From Octopus sinensis (Eukaryota): a DNA stretch of 23,452 bases. Position numbers and translations under genes: made by a program. The stretch covers positions 1 to 23,452 of the forward strand of contig NW_021836360.1 in NCBI RefSeq assembly GCF_006345805.1, in the 5' to 3' direction. The notes under the pieces were generated by a model. The model was not told the origin of the DNA, made no database searches, and saw only the letters and a list, made by a program, of their open reading frames with translations. Position 1 is the stretch's first letter. The number at the start of each line of letters is the position of its first letter. Shown one piece after another: positions 1 to 9,780 of this stretch.

Positions 1-289
1 GGAAAAGTCGACCTCGGCGGAATTTGAACTCAGAACGTAAAGACAGACGAAATACCTATTTCTTTACTACGCACAAGGAGCTAAACACAGAGAGGACAAG
101 CAAGGACAGACAAACGGATTAAGTCGATTATATCGACCCCAGTGCGTAACTGGTATTTATTTAATCGACCCCGAAAGGATGAAAGGCAAAGTCGACCTCG
201 GCGGAATTTGAACTCAGAAAGTAACGACAGACAAAATACCGCTAAGCATTTCGCCCGGCGTGCAAACGTTTCTGCCAGCCCGCCGCCTT
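1..289 (-). mobile_element. tRNA-derived SINE family A, dimeric form, running off the window start
   Basis: Reverse complement reads aaggcggcgggctggcagaaacgtttgcacgccgggcgaaatgcttagcgg...gagttcaaattcc (B-box-like)...gactttgcctttcatcctttcggggtcgat, and the core module repeats after gtaaagaaatag. Matches copies at 3175, 4901, 5130, 5382, 17071, 18048 and 20744. Confidence 0.9.
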
Positions 290-329
290 AAGAAGCCTAA
301 CTGTTTCTTGCAATACATACCAATGCATA

Positions 330-464
330 GATCTAAAGCATCATTTTTTCAGGGGCTCCTAAACTACTATTGTTGATCCCCAATTTACTATTTTGTTGCG
401 TGGATCCCCCAAAAATCTTATATGGACTCTCAGGGGCTATATGGACCCCGGATGAGAAGCACTG
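330..464. mobile_element. Right end of a hAT (Charlie-like) non-autonomous element, partial
   Basis: Ends in ggaccccggatgagaagcactg (reverse complement CAGTGCTTCTCATCCGGGG), similar to Charlie/MER5-type CAGTGGTTCTCAAC termini, and is followed by gtctat. No left terminal inverted repeat (TIR) found; left boundary is approximate. Confidence 0.45.
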
Positions 465-519
465 GTCTATGTGATATTGGCCACTCCCAAATTCTTTCAA
501 ATTACACTTCTGTATCTCT

Positions 520-915
520 CATGAGAAACTATGTAGTTTTCCGTCTTCCTCTCTTTTTCCCTCCGGCGATGTCCATTTGAAAGCCGTTTTAGACTGGTCT
601 CGTTCTGGTAACCTGCTAGTTTTAATCTTCGTTCTTTGATAATTTCGCAAAGTGGTCTGGTGTTAGCTTACTTTAGACTACCTTTGCTGGTTATTTGGTC
701 TTGTCATTGGGTCCTCTAAATCCTTCTGAAGCATCTTCAGTGGAACATATCTGGCTTTTTGTCGAATTCTACGTTGTAAATACATGTCTCACAAGCAAAG
801 AGAACTCTTGGTAGAACTGTGCTATTACAGAACCAGATCTTTGCGTGTAGGCCGGTGTTGGAGGACTAGAGAGTGCAATATGCTCTGAAATATGTCCAAG
901 GTTTTACCGATTCCA
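520..915 (-). mobile_element. Decayed RTE-clade LINE fragment (C-terminal part of the RT ORF)
   Basis: Manual minus-strand translation with frameshifts and stops: GIGKTLDIF../..AKIWFCNSTVLPRVLFACETC..KKPDMFH*RCFRRI*RTQ*QDQITS..EIIKERRLKLAGY../..KTAFKWTSPEGKR/RGRRKTT*. This follows the RTE pattern LLYGCETW..F..RCLRRIL..W.D..RR..W.GH..W.P.GKR.RGRPK.TW. Confidence 0.8.
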
Positions 916-1195
916 TGTGTAACTGTCGTATAGTCGCATGTAAAGAAAAAAGATATTCAAACCTTAATGAATAAAACTTCCTTGAAATGTAGCATGTCAG
1001 GGCTCAAAGTAAACTTTGACTTATACTAATATTCATTATCAACATTGTGCTGGAAAAACTCGTGTGGGTACCATACAAGAGTATAGGGTACAACTTTGAA
1101 AACCGTACCACTCTTCAAATGTTTTGAGAGCATGGTAAACAAAGATGTAAATCTTGATGGCAAAATTGCAGATATAATTTAGAATTCCTGGTCAT

Positions 1196-1614
1196 AGGCG
1201 TAGGAGTGGCTGTGTGGTAAGTAGCTTGCTTACCAACCACATGGTTCCGAGTTCAGTCCCACTGCGTGGCACCTTGGGCAAGTGCCTTCTAATATAGCCT
1301 CGGGCCGACCAAAGCCTTGTGAGTGGATTTGGTAGACGGAAACTGAAAGAAGCCTGTCGTATATATGTATATGTATATATGTGTGTGTGTATATGTTTGT
1401 GTGTTGTGTTTGTCCCCCACCCCAACATCGCTTGACAACTGATGCTGGTGTGTTTACGTCCCCGTAACTTAGCGGTTCGGCAAAAGATCCGATAGAATAA
1501 GTACTAGGCTTACAAAGAATAAGTCCTGGGATCGATTTGCTCGACTAAAGGCGGTGCTCCAGCATGGTCACAATCAAATGGCTGAAACAAGTAAGAGTAA
1601 AAGAGTAAAGAGTA
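1196..1614 (+). mobile_element. tRNA-derived SINE family B (CORE-like), full length
   Basis: Head ggcgtaggagtggctgtgtggtaag (A-box-like) and gagttcagtccc (B-box-like), CORE-like gcaccttgggcaagtg, internal TA/TG microsatellite, (aagagta)n tail. Further copies at 2059, 11553, 12280, 19107 and 22058. Confidence 0.92.
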
Positions 1615-1689
1615 ATATTTTTAGAATATTACAATTTTCTCTATGCTCTTAACGATATATACAAAATGCTAGTAAACTATTAAGTTTTA

Positions 1690-2050
1690 AAACATTCATT
1701 TTGTCTCTTTGGTTTTATGGCTGTGAAACATGGACATTACATTCAAAACATGTTCGGTTAGAGGGTTTTCGATAAATTTTGCGTGGGGAGACTATGTGAA
1801 TTATGTTGAAGTCTTGGAGGCAGTGAATATCATAAGTACAGAAGCATACTTGTAACTAGCGAACTGAAGTGGGCAGATCACATAGTTCGTATGCAAGCTG
1901 AAGAATCCCAAAGCATCTACTGTATGAAAAGTAACGTTATAGGCAAATACTTCCTTACAAATCGAATTTAAAATACAAGACTGTCTGAAAAATGGCAATA
2001 TTCATGTGAAAAGTTGGAAAACTACAGCAGTTGTTACTGCATCATGGGGA
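1690..2050 (+). mobile_element. Decayed RTE (BovB-like) LINE 3' fragment
   Basis: Translation with frameshifts: FYGCETWTLHSKHVRLEGFR../AWGDYVNYVEVLEAVNIISTEA/ILVTSELKWADHIVRMQAE/RIPKHLLYEK../KYK/DCLKNGNIHVKSWKTTA. Matches the RTE C-terminus YGCETW..W.D.V.N.EVL..LRWAGHV.RM...RIPK.LLYG..RYKD.LK. May extend upstream to about 1030, across the SINE at 1196. Confidence 0.85.
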
Positions 2051-2058
2051 ACAGATAT

Positions 2059-2278
2059 GCTCTTTGCTCTTTTACTTGTTTCAGTCATTTGACTGCGGCC
2101 ATGCTGGAGCACCGCCTTTAGTCGGGCAAATCGATCCCAGGAATTATTCTTTGTAAGCCTAGTACTTACTCTATCGGTCTCTCTTGCCGAACCGCTAAGT
2201 TACGGGGACGTAAACACACCAGCATAGGTTGTCAAGCGATGCTGGGGGGTGGGGGCAAACACAGACACACAAACATAT

Positions 2279-2321
<43 letters not shown>

Positions 2322-2489
2322 CATATTTACAATGGGCTTCTTTCAGCTTCCGTCTACCAAATCCACTCACAAGGCTTCGGTCGTCCAAGGTTATAGTAGA
2401 AGACACTTGCCCAAGGTGCCACGCAGTGGGACTGAACCTAGAACCATGTGGTTGGTAAGCAGGCTACTTACTACACAGCCACTCCTATG
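2059..2489 (-). mobile_element. SINE family B, near full length
   Basis: Reverse complement of the 1196-1614 copy along its whole length, including the internal (TA)n and the tail. Confidence 0.92.
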
Positions 2490-2931
2490 GAACGTTGTTC
2501 ATTCGTTTTGAAAAGGATCGCATTAAATAGGTAAAATTAAAAACGAAATATAAAGAAAGAAAACCCCAAGGATATCATGAATTCCTTCACATGTTCGATT
2601 TGCAACTGAATTTATCCATCTAAGACTGGTCTCGTTAGTCACACAAGGATACATAAACCAATGTTAGTTAATAAATCTTCGCCATATATCTAATAATCAC
2701 ACATGTTTTGTATTTCTGTTGTTGTCTGCAAAGACATATCTCTGTATACAAAATCAAATTTAATGAATCTGCGTGGCATTTAACTAAGAAAAGACATTTA
2801 TACTATAGCTATGGTAAAAATTGCAGACCATCATCATATGGACCCAAAAGTCATCGTCATTTCGCAGCTCTTTACATGCAATGGATATACTTTCTATTGA
2901 AACGACTTCAATCACACACATGCGCGCACAC

Positions 2932-3088
2932 GTATGTATGTATGTATGTATGTATGTATGTATGTATGTATGTATGTATGTATGTATGTATGTATGTATG
3001 TATGTATGTATGTATGTATGTATGTATGCATGCATGTATGCATGCATGTATGCATGTATACACGCGCACACACATACACATACACACA

Positions 3089-3118
<30 letters not shown>
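2932..3118. repeat. Compound microsatellite (TATG)n then (CA)n
   Basis: Direct reading; explains the YVCM/HTHT ORFs. Confidence 0.95.
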
Positions 3119-3119
<1 letters not shown>

Positions 3120-3174
3120 ATATTTTATAAGCTTTTCCGTCGATGGCTTATACGCCCCAATATTAGACTATTTT

Positions 3175-3748
3175 CTAGCAGAAATGTTAGCACGCCGGGC
3201 GAAATGCGTAGCCGTATTTCGTCTGCTGCTACGTTCTGAGTTCAAATTCCGCCGAGGTCGACTTTGCCTTTCATCCTTTCGGGGTCGATTAAATAAGTAC
3301 CAGTTACGCACTGGGGTCAATATAATCGACTTAATCTGTTTGTCTGTTCTTGTTTGTCCTCTCTGTGTTTAGCCCCTTGTTGGTAGTAAAGAAATAGGTA
3401 TTTCGTCTGCCGCTACGTTCTGAGTTCAAATTCCACCGAAGTCGACTTTGCCTTTCATCCTTTCGGGGTCGATAAATTAAGTACCAGTTACGCACTGGGG
3501 TCGATATAATCGACTTAATCCGTTTGTCTGTCCTTGTTTGTCCTCTCTGTGTTTAGCCCCTTGTGGGTAGTAAAGAAATAGGTATTTCGTCTGTCTTTAC
3601 GTTCTGAGTTCAAATACCACCGATGTCGACTTTGCTTTTCATCTTTTCGGGGCCGATAAATTAAGTACCAGTTGTATCTTGGGATCGATCTTATCGACTG
3701 GCCTCCCTCACCAAAAATTTCGGGCCTTGTGCCTAGGATAGAAAAAAT
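3175..3748 (+). mobile_element. SINE family A with three core modules at 184-bp spacing
   Basis: One head, then gtatttcgtctg...gagttcaaat...tttcatc.tttcgggg.cgat starting at 3214, 3398 and 3582. The third module ends in a different tail (cctccctcaccaaaaatttcgggccttgtgcctag). Confidence 0.92.
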
Positions 3749-4036
3749 ATATGATATCATACTATGTATGCATATATATATATATGTATGTATGTGTGTG
3801 TATATATATGTATGTGTATGTGTGTGTGTGTATTATATACTTTTATATCATAGTCAATATATATTTGCATATCAGATTATACGCACGCATGCGCTTACTC
3901 ATTAGATATACAATTGTGCATAAGTGTGTGTGCATGCATATATGTATACTAATGTATATAAGGTGTAATCATAAGCGAGTATACTCCAGTGTCTGTATTC
4001 ATGTATGCACGTATGAATATGTATGTATTAGAGAAA

Positions 4037-4039
<3 letters not shown>

Positions 4040-4074
<35 letters not shown>

Positions 4075-4119
4075 AAGAAAGAGAGAGAGAAAGAGAGAGT
4101 GAGAGAGAGAGAGTGAGAG
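4040..4119. repeat. (GA)n microsatellite
   Basis: Direct reading. Confidence 0.95.
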
Positions 4120-4329
4120 TGTAAGTTGTAGGGAAGTGAGAATCCCTGCGTATGTATAGTAGTGCATGTGCTTATGTGTTAGTGTATGTATGCGGGCGTA
4201 TATATATGCATGCATGTATATGTACGTGTCTGTGTGTTCTGTGATTGTGTAACGTGTCTAGATGTATTTACCGTTTGAGACAAACATTACACAGCTAACA
4301 GCAAACAACACAATTAATTAATTACTGAA

Positions 4330-4500
4330 GTATCTAATTCTCTTCTCGTTGTTAGTATGAGATTTTTCCCAGTGGAAAGAAACATGTTAAGCATCCTTAG
4401 AAAACCTCTTCAGTTCCTTTCCCACGCTTTTCAAGTCTGAATTCCATTCGTATCTGCTTGTTAAAGCTTTCTTATGCAGTCTGTAATCACATTCACATGA
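4330..4500 (-). mobile_element. Possible highly decayed R4/Dong-like LINE RT remnant
   Basis: Minus strand gives KSFNKQIRMEFRLEKRGKGT, resembling the F S.DI.M.FGL.KCA motif after the RT catalytic segment of R4/Dong elements. Single short motif only. Confidence 0.3.
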
Positions 4501-4900
4501 AATGGAATTGATATCTTAACGCAAAAAGAAAAAAAAAAGAAGTCTTATATCAGTATTACTATGCTAGGTCAGTTGACTAAAATATCGGGCAGGTTTAAAA
4601 TGCCTTGTATTGTATTCTTACCCAATTTTCACTCATTCCAGGCGAGAATTTACACATCTCGTTTCAATAAATACATATTTGATACGGGAGATGGATGTAT
4701 TATTTTCCCTTTAGCTATCTCTCTTTTTTTTTCCACACTTGTACTTTTAAAATATTTTGTTTTCGTTACGTTACTTGACGTTTCGATTAGCCTTTTCTAA
4801 GTTTCTATAGAAATACAACACCTGAAGACTATGGAAGACTAGACGTATCAAAACAGAATATAAACAGAGGCTATATAAAATTAATAGTTTACTTATTCCA

Positions 4901-5115
4901 AAGCGGCGAGCAGGCAAAATTGTTAGCACGATGGACGAAATGCTTAGCGTTATTTTGCCCGTCTTCACGTTCTGAGTTCAAATTCCACCGAGGTCGATTT
5001 TGCCTTTCAATTTTTCAGGGTCGATAAATTAAGTACCAGTTGCGTACTGGGTCCATGTAATTGACTAGCCTCCTCTCACCAAATTTCAGGCCTTGTGCTT
5101 ATAGTAGAAAGGATT
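4901..5115 (+). mobile_element. SINE family A monomer (first of a tandem cluster)
   Basis: Head, gagttcaaattcc, core and the ccttgtgcttatagtagaaagg tail all align to other family A copies. Confidence 0.88.
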
Positions 5116-5129
5116 TTTTACTTATTCCA

Positions 5130-5362
5130 AAGCGGCAAGCAGACAGAATTATTAGCACGCCGGGCGAAATGCTTAGCGGTAGTTGGTCCGTCTTCACGTT
5201 CTGAGTTCAAATTCCGCCCCGAGGTCGATTTTGCCTTTCATTCTTTGAGGGTTGAGAAAATAAGTACCAGTTGCGTACTGGGGTCGATCTAATCGATAGG
5301 CTCCCTCCCCAAATTTCCTCACGCTAAATTTCTCGCCTCGTGTCTGTAGTAGAAATGATAAA
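5130..5362 (+). mobile_element. SINE family A monomer (second of the cluster)
   Basis: Same organisation as 4901-5115 and preceded by the same tttacttattcca flank. Confidence 0.88.
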
Positions 5363-5381
5363 TGATTACCTGCATATTTGG

Positions 5382-6040
5382 AGGCGGCCAGCTGGCTGCA
5401 TCGTTAGCACTTCGTAAAAAAATGCTTAGCGGCGTTTCTCTCAGTTCTTTACATGTTGAGTTCACATCCAGACAAAATCAACTTTGCCGTTCATCCAGCG
5501 CTGGATTAACCATTAAGCAAAATAAGCACGTGCTTAGGGCATCAAGGGAAGGAGGGGTAAGCACAGAAATTGTAAATGGTTTACGGCACAAAAGAAATCA
5601 CTTTAAACTTGCTAAAATAATATTCGGGATGCCCTTATCTCTACTAAGTATAGATGCGGATGTGTTACCTAAGGTTAATTTTGAGGATCTGGTCAAAGAC
5701 TTTGCAATTCAAAAAAGTAGGAGGAAACTTTTCAAATATAAATAAAGTGGAAGTGTACAAAAATAAACATAATTTTCCCTCTTACTGCTTTGTTTCGTTT
5801 TGAAAAATAAAAAAATTATTTTATAGTTTGTTGTTGTTTCTATTCTGAATTACATAATCTTTTATGGGGGCACCAACATCTTTTAAGTGCTTAGGGCCTC
5901 GATGGGTCTTAATCCGGCCCTACGTTCATCCTTTCGGGGTCAATAAAATGAGTCCCAGTTGAGCACGAGCATCAATGTGATCGACTATAGCCCCCATCTT
6001 GCCAAAATATTGTTGACTTTGTGCCAAAATTAGGAATCAT
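5382..6040 (+). mobile_element. Older SINE family A copy split by a hAT insertion (SINE parts 5382-5495 and 5923-6040)
   Basis: aggcggccagctggctgcatcgttagcac...actttgccgttcatc stops at 5495 and resumes cgttcatcctttcggggtcaataaaatgagt at 5923. Confidence 0.85.
5496..5922 (+). mobile_element. 427-bp internally deleted hAT (Tip100-like) DNA transposon
   Basis: TIRs cagcgctggattaa / ttaatccggcccta (11 of 14 match), exact 8-bp TSD cgttcatc at 5488-5495 and 5923-5930, subterminal gtgcttagggc near both ends. The interior encodes LSLLSIDADVLPKVNFEDLVKDFAIQKSRRKLF, resembling the hAT C-terminal dimerisation region. Confidence 0.9.
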
Positions 6041-6464
6041 TTCTTTTTACATATTCGATATAAATTATTGTCTCTTACAGTTTGAAAATTAAAATGAATA
6101 AAATAGATTATTTGTCATATTGGCATAAACTAAAACAGATACGATTAATAATAGATTAAATAATCTGGCATAATCTAAAAAAGATAAGGGACTAAAGAAA
6201 AAATTTATGAATATAATTTTTCTTTAAAACTGAAACTGGAAGCCGAACCTGACACAATATTCAATAAAGCAAAATGAATTGGAAACCAATTAAAAAAACA
6301 AAAAAAAACTTTGATTAATTTCAAAACTGGATTTCAATATTTTTTGTCTGAATTTCAGTTGTAGACTTATCCATCCTTTATTTTGATTTTCAAATTTGCC
6401 AAAAGACAACTTAATTATATTAATTGAAATATATAAATCCAAAACCTGAAAATACAAAACAAAT

Positions 6465-6615
6465 TATCATTACCACTGCCGCCACTACCACCATTACCCT
6501 AATTGCCACCATCACTACCCTGGGAAAAAGTGAGATGGTCTCGGATGGAATGCATTTAGCCATAGGTCTATTCGATCAAGGTTGACTTGGGATAAGTAAT
6601 AATGATAGCAACAGC

Positions 6616-6681
<66 letters not shown>

Positions 6682-6912
6682 GTCGTTGCCGCCGCCGCCG
6701 CCGCCGCTGCCGCCACCACCACCACACCATTATCATTATCACGTTCACCAGTATTATCATTATCATCGCTACCGCCGACGCTACCACGACGACAAGGACG
6801 ACCAACGCCACTACCAGCACCAGCATCAGTACCTCTAAAACCACCACCACCACTACCGCCGTCGTCGACGTCGTGGTCCTCGTCGTCACCACCACCACCA
6901 CCACCACCATCA
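6465..6912. repeat. Mixed trinucleotide low-complexity tract (CAT)n/(GCC)n/(ACC)n
   Basis: Direct reading; pure (CAT)n at about 6617-6681. The segment 6520-6603 resembles 20391-20460 on the opposite strand and may be the end of a dispersed repeat. Confidence 0.9.
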
Positions 6913-7095
6913 TCCTCTACACAGTTTATAGTCCACAAGTAATTTCCGAAATGTCGATCCATCCAGTTCGTCTTGGTTTCTTAACGAGAGTTCAGTTATC
7001 AGAAATGCATTAAGATAGCAGACGTTGTCCAATATAAATTCAGAATGTTAATTATAATTGAATATTTCTTGCATGAAATAAATAAGAATATGCAC

Positions 7096-7165
7096 AGGGG
7101 TGGCTGCTGAGATTAAGAAACTCGCTCGTAACTACGTGGTTCCGGGTTTAGCTCACTGTGTTGGG
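7096..7165 (+). mobile_element. Diverged 5' head fragment of a family B-like SINE
   Basis: ggggtggctgctgagattaagaaactcgctcgtaactacgtggttccgggtttagctcactgtgttgg aligns to the family B head ggagtggctgtgtggtaagtagcttgcttaccaaccacatggttccgggttcagtcccactgcgtgg. Confidence 0.6.
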
Positions 7166-7398
7166 ACACAGCGTGGAACGCATGCGCCAGGTTCTGGGTC
7201 CGTCTTTAGGTCGTTGAGGAAGCTGAGGACGGTTACTTTGAGTAAACTGTCATCTCTCAGCCGTAATCTAGTTATTTTGAGGATTAAAAAAAAAACTTTT
7301 ATTTTTGGATTGGATATTGTTTTATTTTCCTGATTATGCAAACTGCCAATCTGTACACACACACACACACACACACAAATACGCACACACATGTACAC

Positions 7399-7553
7399 AT
7401 GGATCAAAACAGTCTGATTCAAATTTGTGGGTGCCTTGAGTTTTGAGCGTGATGCTAGTCGTCAGCCATTTTGAATTTAAAATGGCTGACGACTAACATC
7501 ACGCTTGAAACTCAAGAGTATCAACGAATTTGAATCAAACTGTTTTGATCCAT
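7399..7553. repeat. 155-bp near-perfect palindrome (fold-back / MITE-like)
   Basis: atggatcaaaacagtctgattcaaattt...gtcgtcagccattttgaa pairs with tttaaaatggctgacgac...gaatttgaatcaaactgttttgatccat, with about 10 mismatches or bulges and essentially no loop. Confidence 0.9.
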
Positions 7554-7624
7554 ACATGTAGCTCCCAATAAATTTGCTGAGTGCTCTTTCGTTTGTCCAC
7601 TCGCTCGTATATATAGTGACCACG

Positions 7625-7815
7625 TGTGTATCGTTGGCGATTTTCTTTCTCCGTCTTCCCTTCCTTGGACCTTACCTTTTTCTATGTTTCTGATGAAGAG
7701 CTCCGCTCGAAACGTTAAATCCTCCTTCTTTCTTTCCTTTCCTGAGCGTCCAATAACACTATACTTGTTCCACGTCCTCGCGTTGTGTTTTCTCTTTGTT
7801 CATGTTTGGAGTAAC
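7625..7815 (+). mobile_element. Dispersed ~190-bp repeat carrying a minimal hammerhead (Penelope pLTR-like), copy 1
   Basis: Second copy inverted at 21775-21963; central ctgatgaagagctccgctcgaaacgtt. Confidence 0.75.
7686..7720 (+). ncRNA. Minimal type I hammerhead ribozyme motif
   Basis: GTTT-CTGATGA-A-GAGC tcc GCTC-GAAA-CG-T-T-AAAT: short stem I, core CUGANGA with one extra A, 4-bp stem II, GAAA, palindromic stem III (ACGT), predicted GUU cleavage triplet. Confidence 0.65.
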
Positions 7816-7838
7816 TCTCTCTCTCTGTATATATATAT

Positions 7839-8556
7839 ACACGCATACATATCTGTGTGTTAAGTATTAAATTTCCGTTCTTGTTTTTAGATTTTATGCA
7901 TTAATCAAAGAAGGAAGTATTCAGAAGTTGGAGAATATTTTATATTACTTATCATAATGTTTTTGCGCCTTTATTCTCCATGGAATTTTTCGAAAATTTT
8001 GGATTACTGAGCCGTTTTTTTTCCTTCATATATATGTACGTGTGTGTGAAAGAGATGTCAGCTGTTTATTGATGTATGTCAGGAATTGAAATATGCTTAA
8101 TAAATTTGTTTGCTTGAGTCTGGTGTACTTGACAAAGAATTTTTGAGGGCGGTCCTTAAGATGTTTGTCTATGTGTTTGTCGTTTTGAATGTATATATAT
8201 ATATATATATATACACGCATACATATCTGTGTTAAGTATTAAATTTCCGTCTTGTTTTAGATTTTATGCATTATCAAAGAAGGAAGTATTCAGAAGTTGG
8301 AGAATATTTTATATTACTTATCATAAGTTTTTGGCCTTATTCTCCATGGAATTTTTCGAAATTTTTGGATTAAGAGCCGTTTTTTCCTTCATATATATGT
8401 ACGTGTGTGTGAAAGAGATGTCAGCTGTTTATTGATGTATGTCAGGAATTGAAATATGCTTAATAAATTTGTTTGCTTGAGTCTGGTGTACTTGACAAAG
8501 AATTTTGAGGGCGGTCGTTTAAGATGTTTGTCTATGTGTTTGTCGTTTTGAATGTA
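7839..8556. repeat. Tandem duplication of ~350 bp of unique-looking sequence (period 374), separated and flanked by (TA)n
   Basis: acacgcatacatatctgtg...cgttttgaatgta at 7839-8193 and again at 8213-8556; differences are mostly 1-2 nt indels. Confidence 0.93.
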
Positions 8557-8625
<69 letters not shown>

Positions 8626-8794
8626 ATATTATATAATTTAGAGAAAAACCTCTATTAAACAATTCATTAATGAAAGATGTTATTCCCACCATGTAGAAGT
8701 TTTTCTCTAAATTATATACATTTATTATATATTGTGAAATTTGATTTAGTATTGCTAAATTGAATTTTCCCTGCAAGTTTGGAATTATATTCCC

Positions 8795-8855
<61 letters not shown>

Positions 8856-8915
8856 GTTGTTGTTATTGTTGTTATGCACACACACAGACACACACACACA
8901 CACAATATATATATA
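8556..8915. repeat. (TA)n, (TTA/TTG)n and (CA)n microsatellites
   Basis: Direct reading; (TTA)n at about 8795-8875. Confidence 0.9.
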
Positions 8916-9349
8916 TAAAAACGCGTGCGTACGTGGCCAGTGTTTAAGCAAAAGGTGGGTTTTAAGGAAGTTTAGCATGCAGAATTATATGTCAAATGTA
9001 ATGCTTATTTGTACATGTTGTTTCGAAGCATGCACATTATCTCATAGCTTTGAGATTTCGATGATGTAGCTGTATATTTTCAGAACGACACTGTAAAGTC
9101 ATCTAGAGAGGCTGGTTGTGGTCAGTTTGAAAATAATACAGGTAGAATATTTGAGCCAGATATGCCCGGTTTAAAGAAGTTTGGGTGAAATTTTTATCTG
9201 AAAGGGCCAGATGTTATTGACTTCAAGAAAAGCCAGCTGTTTATTGCAGAATGAAACAAAGAATAAATGTTTTCTGGAATGGTTGCTTTGAGGATAAGTT
9301 TGTTTAGAGATGTCTAAATGTTCGTTAATTCCAACAAATTGTTGGCTAT

Positions 9350-9710
9350 AATACACACAACACACACACACACACACATTTTTGCTGTGTGTGTTGTGTG
9401 CATGTGCGTCTGAGTGTATATACATACATATATGCAAATATACATATTTACATGCATATATGTATATAAATATATATATTATATATATTATATAATATAT
9501 TATTATATAATATATATATATAATATATTAATATATTATACAAGATATCTATCTGTCTATAACAGACACTATATATATAGACAACATACATGCCTACATT
9601 ATATATACATGCAATATATCATATATTCTACTATCTATTATCTATCTATCATCTATATCATCTATCTATCTATTATATTCTATCTATCTATTATATATAT
9701 ATATATATAC

Positions 9711-9741
<31 letters not shown>

Positions 9742-9780
9742 TATATATATATACACATATACATACATACATATATACTT
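9350..9780. repeat. Degenerate (CA)/(TA)/(TCTA) low-complexity tract
   Basis: Direct reading. Confidence 0.9.

Noticed and set aside
2708-3372. Longest ORFs (140-183 aa) and similar YVCM/HTHT/IYIY/ERER ORFs across the window
   Set aside because: They are translations of microsatellites and SINEs, with no domain content.
5362-5745. 127-aa ORF as a host gene
   Set aside because: It is a chance fusion of SINE sequence and the hAT transposase tail.
6515-6962. Poly-Asp/Pro/His ORFs (also 23154-23411)
   Set aside because: Trinucleotide repeats open several frames on both strands; nothing indicates coding.
8960-9190. Possible decayed piggyBac-like MITE
   Set aside because: It resembles a repeat I recall, but TIRs and TTAA sites are not recognisable and there is only one copy here.
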